Of a stretch of 47,526 nt of DNA, positions 28,772-36,485 are shown piece after piece. Position 1 is the stretch's first letter. Every line of letters begins with the position of its first letter. A program made the translations under genes and the position numbers. Source of the DNA: a virus. Lineage: Duplodnaviria; Caudoviricetes. The notes below the pieces were generated by a model. It was not told the DNA's origin and searched no databases. It saw nothing but the letters and a program-made list of their open reading frames with translations. Location of the stretch: positions 1 to 47,526 of IMG/VR virus record IMGVR_UViG_3300032243_001524. One strand, given 5' to 3'.

Positions 28772-29506
28772 TTATACTCCACCTTTTTCCATCATTTCGT
28801 TAAGCATCTTTGAGCTGCCAGTACCAGTCGTGTTGGAAGCGGTTGATTTTGCTTGCTGCTGACCAGTTTGTGTTGGAGTCACAGCCTGTGCTGGTGTAGT
28901 TGTTGTTGCAGCTGCAGCTGCAGGAGCTGGGGTAGATCTTGACGATCCACGTATAAGTCCTGCAATTGTGTCAGAATTAACTGGAGGCTGCTGTGCAGCA
29001 AGCATCATGTTGTCCATCATTTCATCATCAGCAAGAAGCTGTTGACCCTTTTCAAAAGCTGGGCCAAGACCGCGTTCGCTAAGACGCTGAGTAAATGTGG
29101 CAATGCGCTCATCAAGCTTTTCTCTAACAGACTGTATGTTGCTGTCTAGTCTGTCAGATATGCCAGAAAGTCTGCCAGCAACGTCTTGTTCAAAACGAGC
29201 TTTTGCTTCTTGAAGAGACTTGAGCATTTCTGGGGTTTCTTTACCACTACTCCACCAATCTCTTGCTGCCTCTATAAGGTTGCTGCGACCAACTAAACTT
29301 GCAAGACCACCAATTCCAGCGCCTATCAAACCACTACGAACATATGGGTTTTTAAGTGCTGCACCAACACCTGCCCTAAGAGCACTAGCCAATTGAGCTT
29401 TCTTGTTGAGAGTAAATGTTCCATCGTCTTCTGCCTTAATATAGCCTTTTTCAATACCTGAGGCTAGCCATTGTGTTTGCGATATTTTAATCATATCTTT
29501 ATTCAT
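28772..29506 (-). CDS. leader + glycine-zipper paralog family protein
   Basis: MIKISQTQWLASGIEKGYI...LNKKAQ, GLIGAGIGG, LSGISDRLD; GAGG RBS. Confidence 0.78.
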   Translation of the reverse strand: MNKDMIKISQTQWLASGIEKGYIKAEDDGTFTLNKKAQLASALRAGVGAALKNPYVRSGLIGAGIGGLASLVGRSNLIEAARDWWSSGKETPEMLKSLQEAKARFEQDVAGRLSGISDRLDSNIQSVREKLDERIATFTQRLSERGLGPAFEKGQQLLADDEMMDNMMLAAQQPPVNSDTIAGLIRGSSRSTPAPAAAAATTTTPAQAVTPTQTGQQQAKSTASNTTGTGSSKMLNEMMEKGGV

Positions 29507-29521
29507 ATTAATACCTCTTTA

Positions 29522-30397
29522 TTATTGTGGAAGATAATCTACGCCCTGAGATGGCAGTGTGTTCTTGGCCTCTGCTGCAGACATTATTGCATTTTGTCTC
29601 TTAAGAGTTGGCGAAGGCATCATTGGTTGAGTTTTTTGTATTTGAACTTGCAATTCTGCAATAGTATGCATCATTTCCTGTACAGTTTTGTTCAAAGACT
29701 TACTAATACCAAGAATGGGAGATACTGATTGCTGAAGAGCTGCTGCGCCTCTATAAAAATCTTGAGCACGATTTGGATCTTTCAATTCATTATTTGTCTT
29801 CATTGCATCAGCTATTGCACCAACACCATAGTAGCCAGCTGCACCTCCTGCAAGACCTGCACCAAACATTTTTGCACGACGAGCCCAATCAGTTGGATTT
29901 GGTGTTGGATTTGGTGTTGGATTTGGTGTTGGATTTGGTGTTGGATTAGGATTAGGATTAGGATTTGGTGGTGTTGGATTTGGAAGTATAACTCCACCTG
30001 CAGCAGCGCTTCTGCCAACACTATTCAACAAGCCAGCCATGTTGTGATTTCCTCTTCCTGGCATATTTAATTTACCAGTTGCATTATTTTTAAGTCCGAA
30101 TATCCCACTTCCTGCCGCTGTTTCAACAACACTAAAACCTTGTGGCGCACCTTTGCTTTTATAATCTCCTAATGCCTTTTGCCAAACTGGATCTTTAAGC
30201 TTAGCCTGATTTTCGTCAAAAAGATTACCTGCACCAATAACTGGATTGCCACTTGGAGCACCCGTCAATGCTACCTTTATTGTACCATCTTCGTTAGTGT
30301 AAAATAGATCACTATTTATTCCAGCGTTAAGCCACTCTGTTGAGCTTAATTTAATCATTGGTTTTGTGCTATTCGCGAGTTTAATTAGTCTTGCCAT
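29522..30397 (-). CDS. leader + glycine-zipper paralog family protein with PNPT linker
   Basis: LIKLAN, MIKLSSTEWLNAGINSDLF...IKVAL, GAGLAGGAAGYYG, LGISKSLN; AAGGA RBS. Confidence 0.78.
   Translation of the reverse strand: MARLIKLANSTKPMIKLSSTEWLNAGINSDLFYTNEDGTIKVALTGAPSGNPVIGAGNLFDENQAKLKDPVWQKALGDYKSKGAPQGFSVVETAAGSGIFGLKNNATGKLNMPGRGNHNMAGLLNSVGRSAAAGGVILPNPTPPNPNPNPNPTPNPTPNPTPNPTPNPTDWARRAKMFGAGLAGGAAGYYGVGAIADAMKTNNELKDPNRAQDFYRGAAALQQSVSPILGISKSLNKTVQEMMHTIAELQVQIQKTQPMMPSPTLKRQNAIMSAAEAKNTLPSQGVDYLPQ
29892..29965. repeat. tandem 12-bp and 6-bp repeats encoding a (PNPT)n/(PN)n linker
   Basis: GTTGGATTTGGT x4 plus a partial copy, followed by AGGATT x3. Confidence 0.9.
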
Positions 30398-30455
30398 ATC
30401 TTTAATTCCTTAAAATGAAGATTTTTATTATTTTAATATTTTACTAACTTTTCCT

Positions 30456-31166
30456 TTAGCTCTTAATATTATTTTTCTCTGATTCACTTAGTTGACGTAT
30501 AATGTCAAGCACAGTATTTCCAAGTAGTGCTAAATCTCTATCTAATGAATTAGATATACCTGAAATCTTTCGTCCTATATCAACCATTGCTGCCCCACCC
30601 TCTTTGAACTTACTTATGCTCTTCCCTTTTTGTCGCATTATTTCTGGGGAAACAGTATTGTTTGCTCTAAAATGATCTGCTAAAACTTCTGTTGCTTTTG
30701 ATCCAGCATAGTATCCTCCAGCAGATACAGCTGCTATCCCAAGAAAACGAGCAAGGCTGCGAACCTTCGAGACTGCTCCTGGAGTGCCGGATCCAACATT
30801 TTCTGTTTTGCCAGCAAGAATATTATTCTTCTGTTCTTTAGTAATAAGACCCTGACTTACTGCTGTTTGTAAAAACTCTTCTTTATTTGCAACAAGCTTT
30901 TTAGCAGCAGCATCAATCTCAGTCTTACTCATTTTTGTGTTGCTTCTGCTCAACAGTAAGGTAGCCATAGCTAAGTCAGGTATTCCAAAATGACTAAAAA
31001 TTGAACTGGAAGAAGAACTTGGCTTTTCCTTAGAATCACTTGTAGATTCACCAGAAATATGTGGAGCAGACATATGGTAATCCATATGCATCTGAGCTTT
31101 TTTATTCAAAAGCCAGCCATTGTTTATCCCTATACGAAACCAATCTTGTGAAGATATCTTAATCAA
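30456..31166 (-). CDS. leader + glycine-zipper paralog family protein
   Basis: Start revised to TTG at 31166, overlapping the upstream TGA (TTGA), giving MIKISSQDWFRIGINNGWLLNKKAQ; GIAAVSAGGYYAG; ISGISNSLD. Confidence 0.75.
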   Translation of the reverse strand: MIKISSQDWFRIGINNGWLLNKKAQMHMDYHMSAPHISGESTSDSKEKPSSSSSSIFSHFGIPDLAMATLLLSRSNTKMSKTEIDAAAKKLVANKEEFLQTAVSQGLITKEQKNNILAGKTENVGSGTPGAVSKVRSLARFLGIAAVSAGGYYAGSKATEVLADHFRANNTVSPEIMRQKGKSISKFKEGGAAMVDIGRKISGISNSLDRDLALLGNTVLDIIRQLSESEKNNIKS

Positions 31167-31498
31167 GGTAGTTTGGTTCCACGTCTCCATGCCTTGCAGC
31201 TCCAATAGCGTGGAGTGGTACGATCCTTTGCTGTTTCGCAATGGTGACGGGCCAGGAAGCTCTTCTGGTGCGAAGGCTGATTGCGCTTGATGCTGAGAGT
31301 CTTTTCACCCTTTGCCTTAGCGCTGGAACCTCCGTGACCAAAGTTAACTTTCTTTACATTTCCAGACTTAGGGTCTTTGACGTAAACCTTAAATTTCTTG
31401 ACATCACCCTTCATTATTTTTCCCAGTGGGACTTCTTTGCCGTTGTGCTTTGCGGCTTCTTTTCTCATTTCGTATTTTTCTGAATTAAATTCAAGCAT
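31163..31498 (-). CDS. conserved small basic phage protein (KKFKVYV...VNFG...SFxARHxC...RYWSC family)
   Basis: GDVKKFKVYVKDPKSGNVKKVNFG and SFLARHHC...RYWSCKAW, a pattern I recall from large phage genomes; AGGAG RBS. Confidence 0.75.
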   Translation of the reverse strand: MLEFNSEKYEMRKEAAKHNGKEVPLGKIMKGDVKKFKVYVKDPKSGNVKKVNFGHGGSSAKAKGEKTLSIKRNQPSHQKSFLARHHCETAKDRTTPRYWSCKAWRRGTKLP

Positions 31499-31510
31499 AA
31501 AGCAACTCCT

Positions 31511-31548
31511 AAAAAGAAGAACAGTACGGTTTTTACTCCGTACTGTTC
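31511..31548 (-). terminator. intrinsic terminator-like hairpin
   Basis: 11-bp stem GAACAGTACGG/CCGTACTGTTC with 8-nt loop, followed on the minus strand by TTCTTTTT. Confidence 0.75.
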
Positions 31549-31578
31549 CATACCCCTCTTTGCATTTATTATTATATA

Positions 31579-32268
31579 TTATGAATTGTTATTATTGGGT
31601 GAGGGGATGATGTTGGGTGTGTAGTCGATCATAAAGCTGATTGTAATATCATAAAAATGCTTTCTCCAAGTTGCAGAGGTAACCCACTGGTACCTTGGAT
31701 CATCATTCTTCTTTTTATCAGCAATAATATCATTTATATCCTTCCCTGTCTCTTCGAACTCTTTCATGAGTTCAGCAGTGACTGGTTGGGTTTGAACTCC
31801 CTGTGGCGCATCCTTGCGCACAACGAGAACCTGATCGTTCTCTGGACGGTTCGTAATATCAATATCTACAACCCTAATATTAATGAGTGGAAATACTTCA
31901 GGGATGTCTTCTCCAAAGACAAGATTCCTAACTTGCGAACGAAATTTATCATGAAGAGTAACTTCTAATACTTTAGCAAGATCAATTCTCCATGATTCAA
32001 AGTAAGAGATATCATCTTGTGTTGGATCTTCTGCATTAGCAAGATAACGCAATATCTCTTTGCAGCTTTCAAGATTTTCTGCATCAAACTGGAACTGGGT
32101 ATTCCACGGCTTTAAGGAGCGCATCTTGCCATCCTTTATATGGAAATCAACATTGACTGCATCTCTAGAAAAATCAGGACGTAACATCTCTTTTAGGATT
32201 TCACTTGCAACTAATTGCTTCATTGTTTCCGAAAAAAACTTATTAACGTCTATTGGAGTACTATTCAT
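31579..32268 (-). CDS. hypothetical acidic protein
   Basis: 229-aa ORF; start codon overlaps that of the divergent ATPase. Confidence 0.7.
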   Translation of the reverse strand: MNSTPIDVNKFFSETMKQLVASEILKEMLRPDFSRDAVNVDFHIKDGKMRSLKPWNTQFQFDAENLESCKEILRYLANAEDPTQDDISYFESWRIDLAKVLEVTLHDKFRSQVRNLVFGEDIPEVFPLINIRVVDIDITNRPENDQVLVVRKDAPQGVQTQPVTAELMKEFEETGKDINDIIADKKKNDDPRYQWVTSATWRKHFYDITISFMIDYTPNIIPSPNNNNS

Positions 32269-33151
32269 GTTTTACCTTAAAAGTATTGACTTTATAAATT
32301 TTTGTGGTTACAAAAACTTGAATCTGACATTTTTCAGAGATGGTAAGCCATTACCACTCTGTGTATTTTTCGGACCAAACGGTACTGGAAAAAGCACCGT
32401 ACTCAGTGGAATCCGAATGATTTCTAATCCATATCAGTTTTTTGGAAGAGAAAATGACATGTATTTTAGAAAGATGGTATTCCATGAAGACTATGATCCA
32501 ACATATTCTGGATTTATGAAAAGTACTCGTGAATTAAAGCTAAATGGAATATTCGTTGATTCTGATGGAAAAGAGTACAGTGTATCATTAGACAATAATG
32601 GAATAGTAAGTTCTGAATTACCACGCTATAATTCTGATCAAGAAGGATGGAGTGTTTTTACTGACGCTGATCATCCAATGAACATGAACAAATTTCAATT
32701 AAGGAAAGAAGCAAGTGAAAAGTTTTTAGAAATAGCTTCTTATGTTTACGGATTACCACTTACTCTTTCAAAAGAAATAACAACATATGACATGAATGAT
32801 TCAGCAACATTCTATCAAGATCTTATAATTCAAAAGAACGAAGTTAAAGTACATTTTAAGAGAATGAGTGATGGAGAAAAGAAAATCGCAACATTATTGC
32901 GACACATTTGTAACGAATCAGTAATGAATCCAAGCAATATCTACTTGATAGATAACGCAGAAATGCATATTTATTTCAAAAGACATCCTGGACTAGTAAA
33001 GAGACTTATATCTGTTTTTCCTGACAAGCAATTCATAACAACTTCTCATAGTGCAAATTTCATTAATGCAGTTGAAAAGAATATTGGAATAAATGGACTT
33101 ATAGATCTTGAAAAGATACATGGTTTTGATCTTGTTAAATATGATGAATAG
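32267..33151 (+). CDS. small ABC/SMC-like (AAA_21/OLD-type) ATPase
   Basis: MFYLKSIDFINF start after GGAG; Walker A GPNGTGKS; signature MSDGEK; Walker B YLIDNAE; H-loop TTSHS. Confidence 0.85.
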   Translation: MFYLKSIDFINFCGYKNLNLTFFRDGKPLPLCVFFGPNGTGKSTVLSGIRMISNPYQFFGRENDMYFRKMVFHEDYDPTYSGFMKSTRELKLNGIFVDSDGKEYSVSLDNNGIVSSELPRYNSDQEGWSVFTDADHPMNMNKFQLRKEASEKFLEIASYVYGLPLTLSKEITTYDMNDSATFYQDLIIQKNEVKVHFKRMSDGEKKIATLLRHICNESVMNPSNIYLIDNAEMHIYFKRHPGLVKRLISVFPDKQFITTSHSANFINAVEKNIGINGLIDLEKIHGFDLVKYDE

Positions 33152-33700
33152 GTTTAACCACTGAACGCGAAGCGTTCTGTGCCGAACCGCTTTAGCGGTG
33201 AGGACTAATCAAAATGGGTAAGTTGTACTTTTGGATCTCATGTTCGCTCGCATGGCTCGCTCCATGAGTCGATGTTCTTCCTGCGTAAGAACATCGAGGC
33301 TCGTTCATGCTTATGGTTTGTTTCCGTTTCTGTTCTCCCAGGGAGCTGGGAGAATGGAGATATTCCCAGCGCGGTCGCCACTTTATATTAATTCTGAAAC
33401 TCTTTCATATAAAGGACACTCTCCCATCTGTTTTCAGAATCCGTTTCTGTATATTTATTAATAGTATATTAGGTGATTAAAATAATTTTGAAAAATTTGC
33501 AAATAACGGAGATTTGCCAGCAAACATTGCAGTGAATATTTTCTGCTGTCCAATAGTTGAGTCAGTTCCGGTTTGACCTTGACGACTCTTCCACCGCGCT
33601 TGGATGCGCGCTACCAAAGCAGTTTGGGACTAAATACCGCTGGCCGATTGTGCTTTGTGCCATATCTAACGTATTCAATTATTGTGAACATCCTGCAAGG
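33152..33700. other. structured non-coding region (candidate replication origin or ncRNA)
   Basis: Largest gap in the window without a credible ORF; several perfect hairpins, an 11-bp direct repeat and an AT-rich tract. Confidence 0.55.
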
Positions 33701-33759
33701 TGTACACAAATCGTATATCGGACAGAAAGATAAAAAACGTTTTATTAGTAAATATGAAC

Positions 33760-33948
33760 ATGAGTCTTTCTTTATATCCAAACGTCGTTAATAAAAATTT
33801 GTTTGTCAGTGATGCAGCTCCATCATATGCTGTTCCTGGCGACCAATGGTTTAATACTAATACTGGTTTGCTCTTAATGTTTATAAGAGATGACGCTGGA
33901 GTTGGATACTGGGTCGAGACAGGCGCTTCCATCACTGGAGGTGCTTAA
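33760..33948 (+). CDS. small tail-fibre-associated repeat protein
   Basis: AP..PGDQWFNTNTG motif shared with downstream genes; start at 33754 or 33760. Confidence 0.7.
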   Translation: MSLSLYPNVVNKNLFVSDAAPSYAVPGDQWFNTNTGLLLMFIRDDAGVGYWVETGASITGGA

Positions 33949-33951
33949 CTT

Positions 33952-34239
33952 ATGTTTAATTTCCCAGACCCATCAAAACAAACTCAATTTACTTTGGGAA
34001 CGCGAACTTGGAATTGGAATGGTTCATATTGGGAGATAGTAAAACAAACGGTTGTGTCAAGTGGAATTTCATACTTTCAGCAGGATGATGCTCCAACGAC
34101 TGCTAAACTTGGAGATAGATGGCTTAATACTCAAAACCTTACGGAATATGTATATGTTCAAATTGCAGCAGATCCAGATGCTTATCAGTGGCTTGATTTA
34201 GTCGGTGACTATCCAGGTGACACTTTGTTAGGAGAATAA
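33952..34239 (+). CDS. small tail-fibre-associated repeat protein
   Basis: FNFP...TWNWNGSYW plus APT..LGDRWLNT modules. Confidence 0.75.
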   Translation: MFNFPDPSKQTQFTLGTRTWNWNGSYWEIVKQTVVSSGISYFQQDDAPTTAKLGDRWLNTQNLTEYVYVQIAADPDAYQWLDLVGDYPGDTLLGE

Positions 34240-36360
34240 ATGGCAACAGCAGTTAAACCTATTGGCTTTCCAAGAAATCCTGTCAATGGTCAGCAATATA
34301 CTTTTAAAGGCAAAAAATGGGTATATAATACCAATGTTCCTGGGTGGGAAGCTCTTCAGGTCACTGATGTAAAGACAATTAAAAAAGACACTACTACTGC
34401 ACAAGTAATATTTGGAAATGATGATTCTATTGGTAGTACATCTTTTGCTTTAGGCAGCAATCTTTCAATGAACGCTGCTACCAAAACTATATCAGTCTCT
34501 GGAGGTACTGGAAGTGGACTGAATGCTGATTTGGTGCAGTCAGTAAACGGTTCTCGTTTTGTTGAAAATCTTAAGTCTGGAATATTGTGGGGTGGATCGA
34601 TTTCCATAAATGGGTCTAACAGCGCAAAATTTGATATTGCTGCAGGTTCTGGAATAATTGTTACAACAACTGGTGGAGGTAGTGCTGGCACTGCAAATCC
34701 AGTGACAAGCGTAAAAACAGTTTCGTGGTCTCAGCAGACTTCAATTACAGTAAATAATATTTCTTCTTACGATACAACTTGGATTTATATTGATTCAAAT
34801 GGAATTGTTCAACAGCAAAACGGAGCATTTACTGATGATAATTACAAAAATTATATTATCATAGGAGCACTTGTTCATCCTAGCCGTTCCAACATAGCAT
34901 TTGTTTCTAATTTTCCGACTGTAGTCTACAATACTCTCAATCAGTATGACGAGTTCATAAGAAAACTTGGTCCTGCAAAAATATCGGGACATCGAATCTC
35001 TGCAAACGGCGCAAACCTTAGACTTGACAGAAGTGCTGGTGTTTCATATTTAATTGGTGGAAATTATACTTCAGACTCTTCTCATCCAAATGTGAAAAGT
35101 GAAGCCGGAGCTTCTTCTGTTACAATATACAGATACGCTTCTGATGGAGCTGGTGGCTATACTATATCCCCAAATGCAAATATAAATCCATCAGCTTACG
35201 ATAACGGCTCTGGTGTCTTACAGGCAGTGGGGTCAACACAGTGGTCTGTTCAAAGAATTTTTTATTTTCCTGGGAAAACAAATGTTCTCGCAGTTTATTA
35301 TGGAGTTTCATATTATAATTCTTTAACTGAAGCTTCTGCTGGTTTGTCATCGGAAACATTCACAGAATCTCCTGACACAAAAGATAAAGCTATATTTTGT
35401 GGATGGCTTATTGTTCGTGGTGGCGGCACGCAACTTAATAGCACATCTGATGCAAAGTTTGTGCAAGGCAGCGTATTTAGAGAAATTGTATCTGGATCTT
35501 CTGGTGGAGGATCTATATCTTATATATCAGAGCTTCTTGACGTAGAGACTTCAGCTCCATCAGTTGGGCAAGCGCTGATCTGGGATGGTTCCAATTGGGT
35601 AAACCAAAGAGCTATACAGTATATTTCAGAATTAGATGATGTTCAAACTTCATCTCCTTCCCTTGGTCAGTTTCTTGTTTGGAACGGATCTAATTGGGTA
35701 AATCAAACTCTTACTGGAAAAATATCGTATGTTGCTTCAACAACAGCTCCAAGCGTATCTTTATATAATCCAGGAGACAGATGGTATAATACCTCAACAG
35801 GCATAGAATATACACTTATAAATGATGGTGACGATCTTTATTGGGTTAATATCTACATAAGCCCTAATGAAGATTATATACTTGCAGAGCTTACTCGTTT
35901 TATGAAATACGTAAGCTCTGATAGCGCTCCTTCCACATCTAGTTACAAAAATGGTGATAAGTGGTTTAATACGACCAATGGTCAAGAATACACATTAATT
36001 GACGATGGAAGTAGTAAACAATGGGTAAATTTAAATACTAATTTTATTGCTCACGTTCATCCAATTTATGAAATAGTATTCCCTACTCACTTGGTAATTC
36101 ATCCTTCATATGATGTAGAGCTATCAGATTATTATATAGGTGTTAACTATGCTGGGATTTGCACTATAACATTACCTGCAGGCAAAGAAGGTTTGATATT
36201 TGTTATTAAAGATGAATCTGGCCATGCAAGTTATGCTCATAGGTACATTCAGATTCAAGGAAGTGCAGGAGAACTTATAGATGACAATTCCTATGTAGTC
36301 ATTAATTTAGATTACGGGTCATTAACTTTTATTTACAGAAATGGCTGGAGAATAATATGA
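34240..36360 (+). CDS. tail fibre/structural protein with repeated modules
   Basis: FPRNPVNGQQYTF N-module; two ISELxDV...GQxLxWxGSNWVN repeats; two AP...GDxWxNT repeats; AGGAG RBS. Confidence 0.8.
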   Translation: MATAVKPIGFPRNPVNGQQYTFKGKKWVYNTNVPGWEALQVTDVKTIKKDTTTAQVIFGNDDSIGSTSFALGSNLSMNAATKTISVSGGTGSGLNADLVQSVNGSRFVENLKSGILWGGSISINGSNSAKFDIAAGSGIIVTTTGGGSAGTANPVTSVKTVSWSQQTSITVNNISSYDTTWIYIDSNGIVQQQNGAFTDDNYKNYIIIGALVHPSRSNIAFVSNFPTVVYNTLNQYDEFIRKLGPAKISGHRISANGANLRLDRSAGVSYLIGGNYTSDSSHPNVKSEAGASSVTIYRYASDGAGGYTISPNANINPSAYDNGSGVLQAVGSTQWSVQRIFYFPGKTNVLAVYYGVSYYNSLTEASAGLSSETFTESPDTKDKAIFCGWLIVRGGGTQLNSTSDAKFVQGSVFREIVSGSSGGGSISYISELLDVETSAPSVGQALIWDGSNWVNQRAIQYISELDDVQTSSPSLGQFLVWNGSNWVNQTLTGKISYVASTTAPSVSLYNPGDRWYNTSTGIEYTLINDGDDLYWVNIYISPNEDYILAELTRFMKYVSSDSAPSTSSYKNGDKWFNTTNGQEYTLIDDGSSKQWVNLNTNFIAHVHPIYEIVFPTHLVIHPSYDVELSDYYIGVNYAGICTITLPAGKEGLIFVIKDESGHASYAHRYIQIQGSAGELIDDNSYVVINLDYGSLTFIYRNGWRII

Positions 36361-36485
36361 GCTTTTTATTAAAATTGCTTTTTTTTAAAAAAATTAGATA
36401 TTACTAAGTAAAAATGTATATATGTCTTGGCTTGAAATAACTTAATTGTAGGATTTGATATAATTTATTATAAATATTAATTAAT

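Noticed and set aside
29892-29965. CRISPR array
   Set aside because: Contiguous 12-bp units without spacers, in frame within a CDS
31167-31241. N-terminal extension of ORF 30456..31241
   Set aside because: Overlaps the conserved 31163..31498 gene; TTG at 31166 gives a start matching the paralog leader
32060-32266. N-terminal 69 aa of the ATPase ORF call
   Set aside because: Antisense to 31579..32268; the ATPase fold begins at MFYLKSI, which has its own RBS
32267-33700. Retron (ATPase plus msr-msd-like structured RNA) or DGR
   Set aside because: No reverse transcriptase in the window, no long flanking inverted repeats, and the fibre repeats do not show adenine-specific mismatches
33152-33700. 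tRNA or tmRNA genes, and ORFs 33231..33461 and 33573..33791
   Set aside because: No cloverleaf or T-loop consensus found; the ORFs have TTG starts, no RBS and atypical composition
36357-36407. Short ORF MSFLLKLLFFKKIRYY overlapping the stop of 34240..36360, possibly a deleted-gene remnant
   Set aside because: Only 16 codons in low-complexity AT sequence; cannot be supported without a comparison genome
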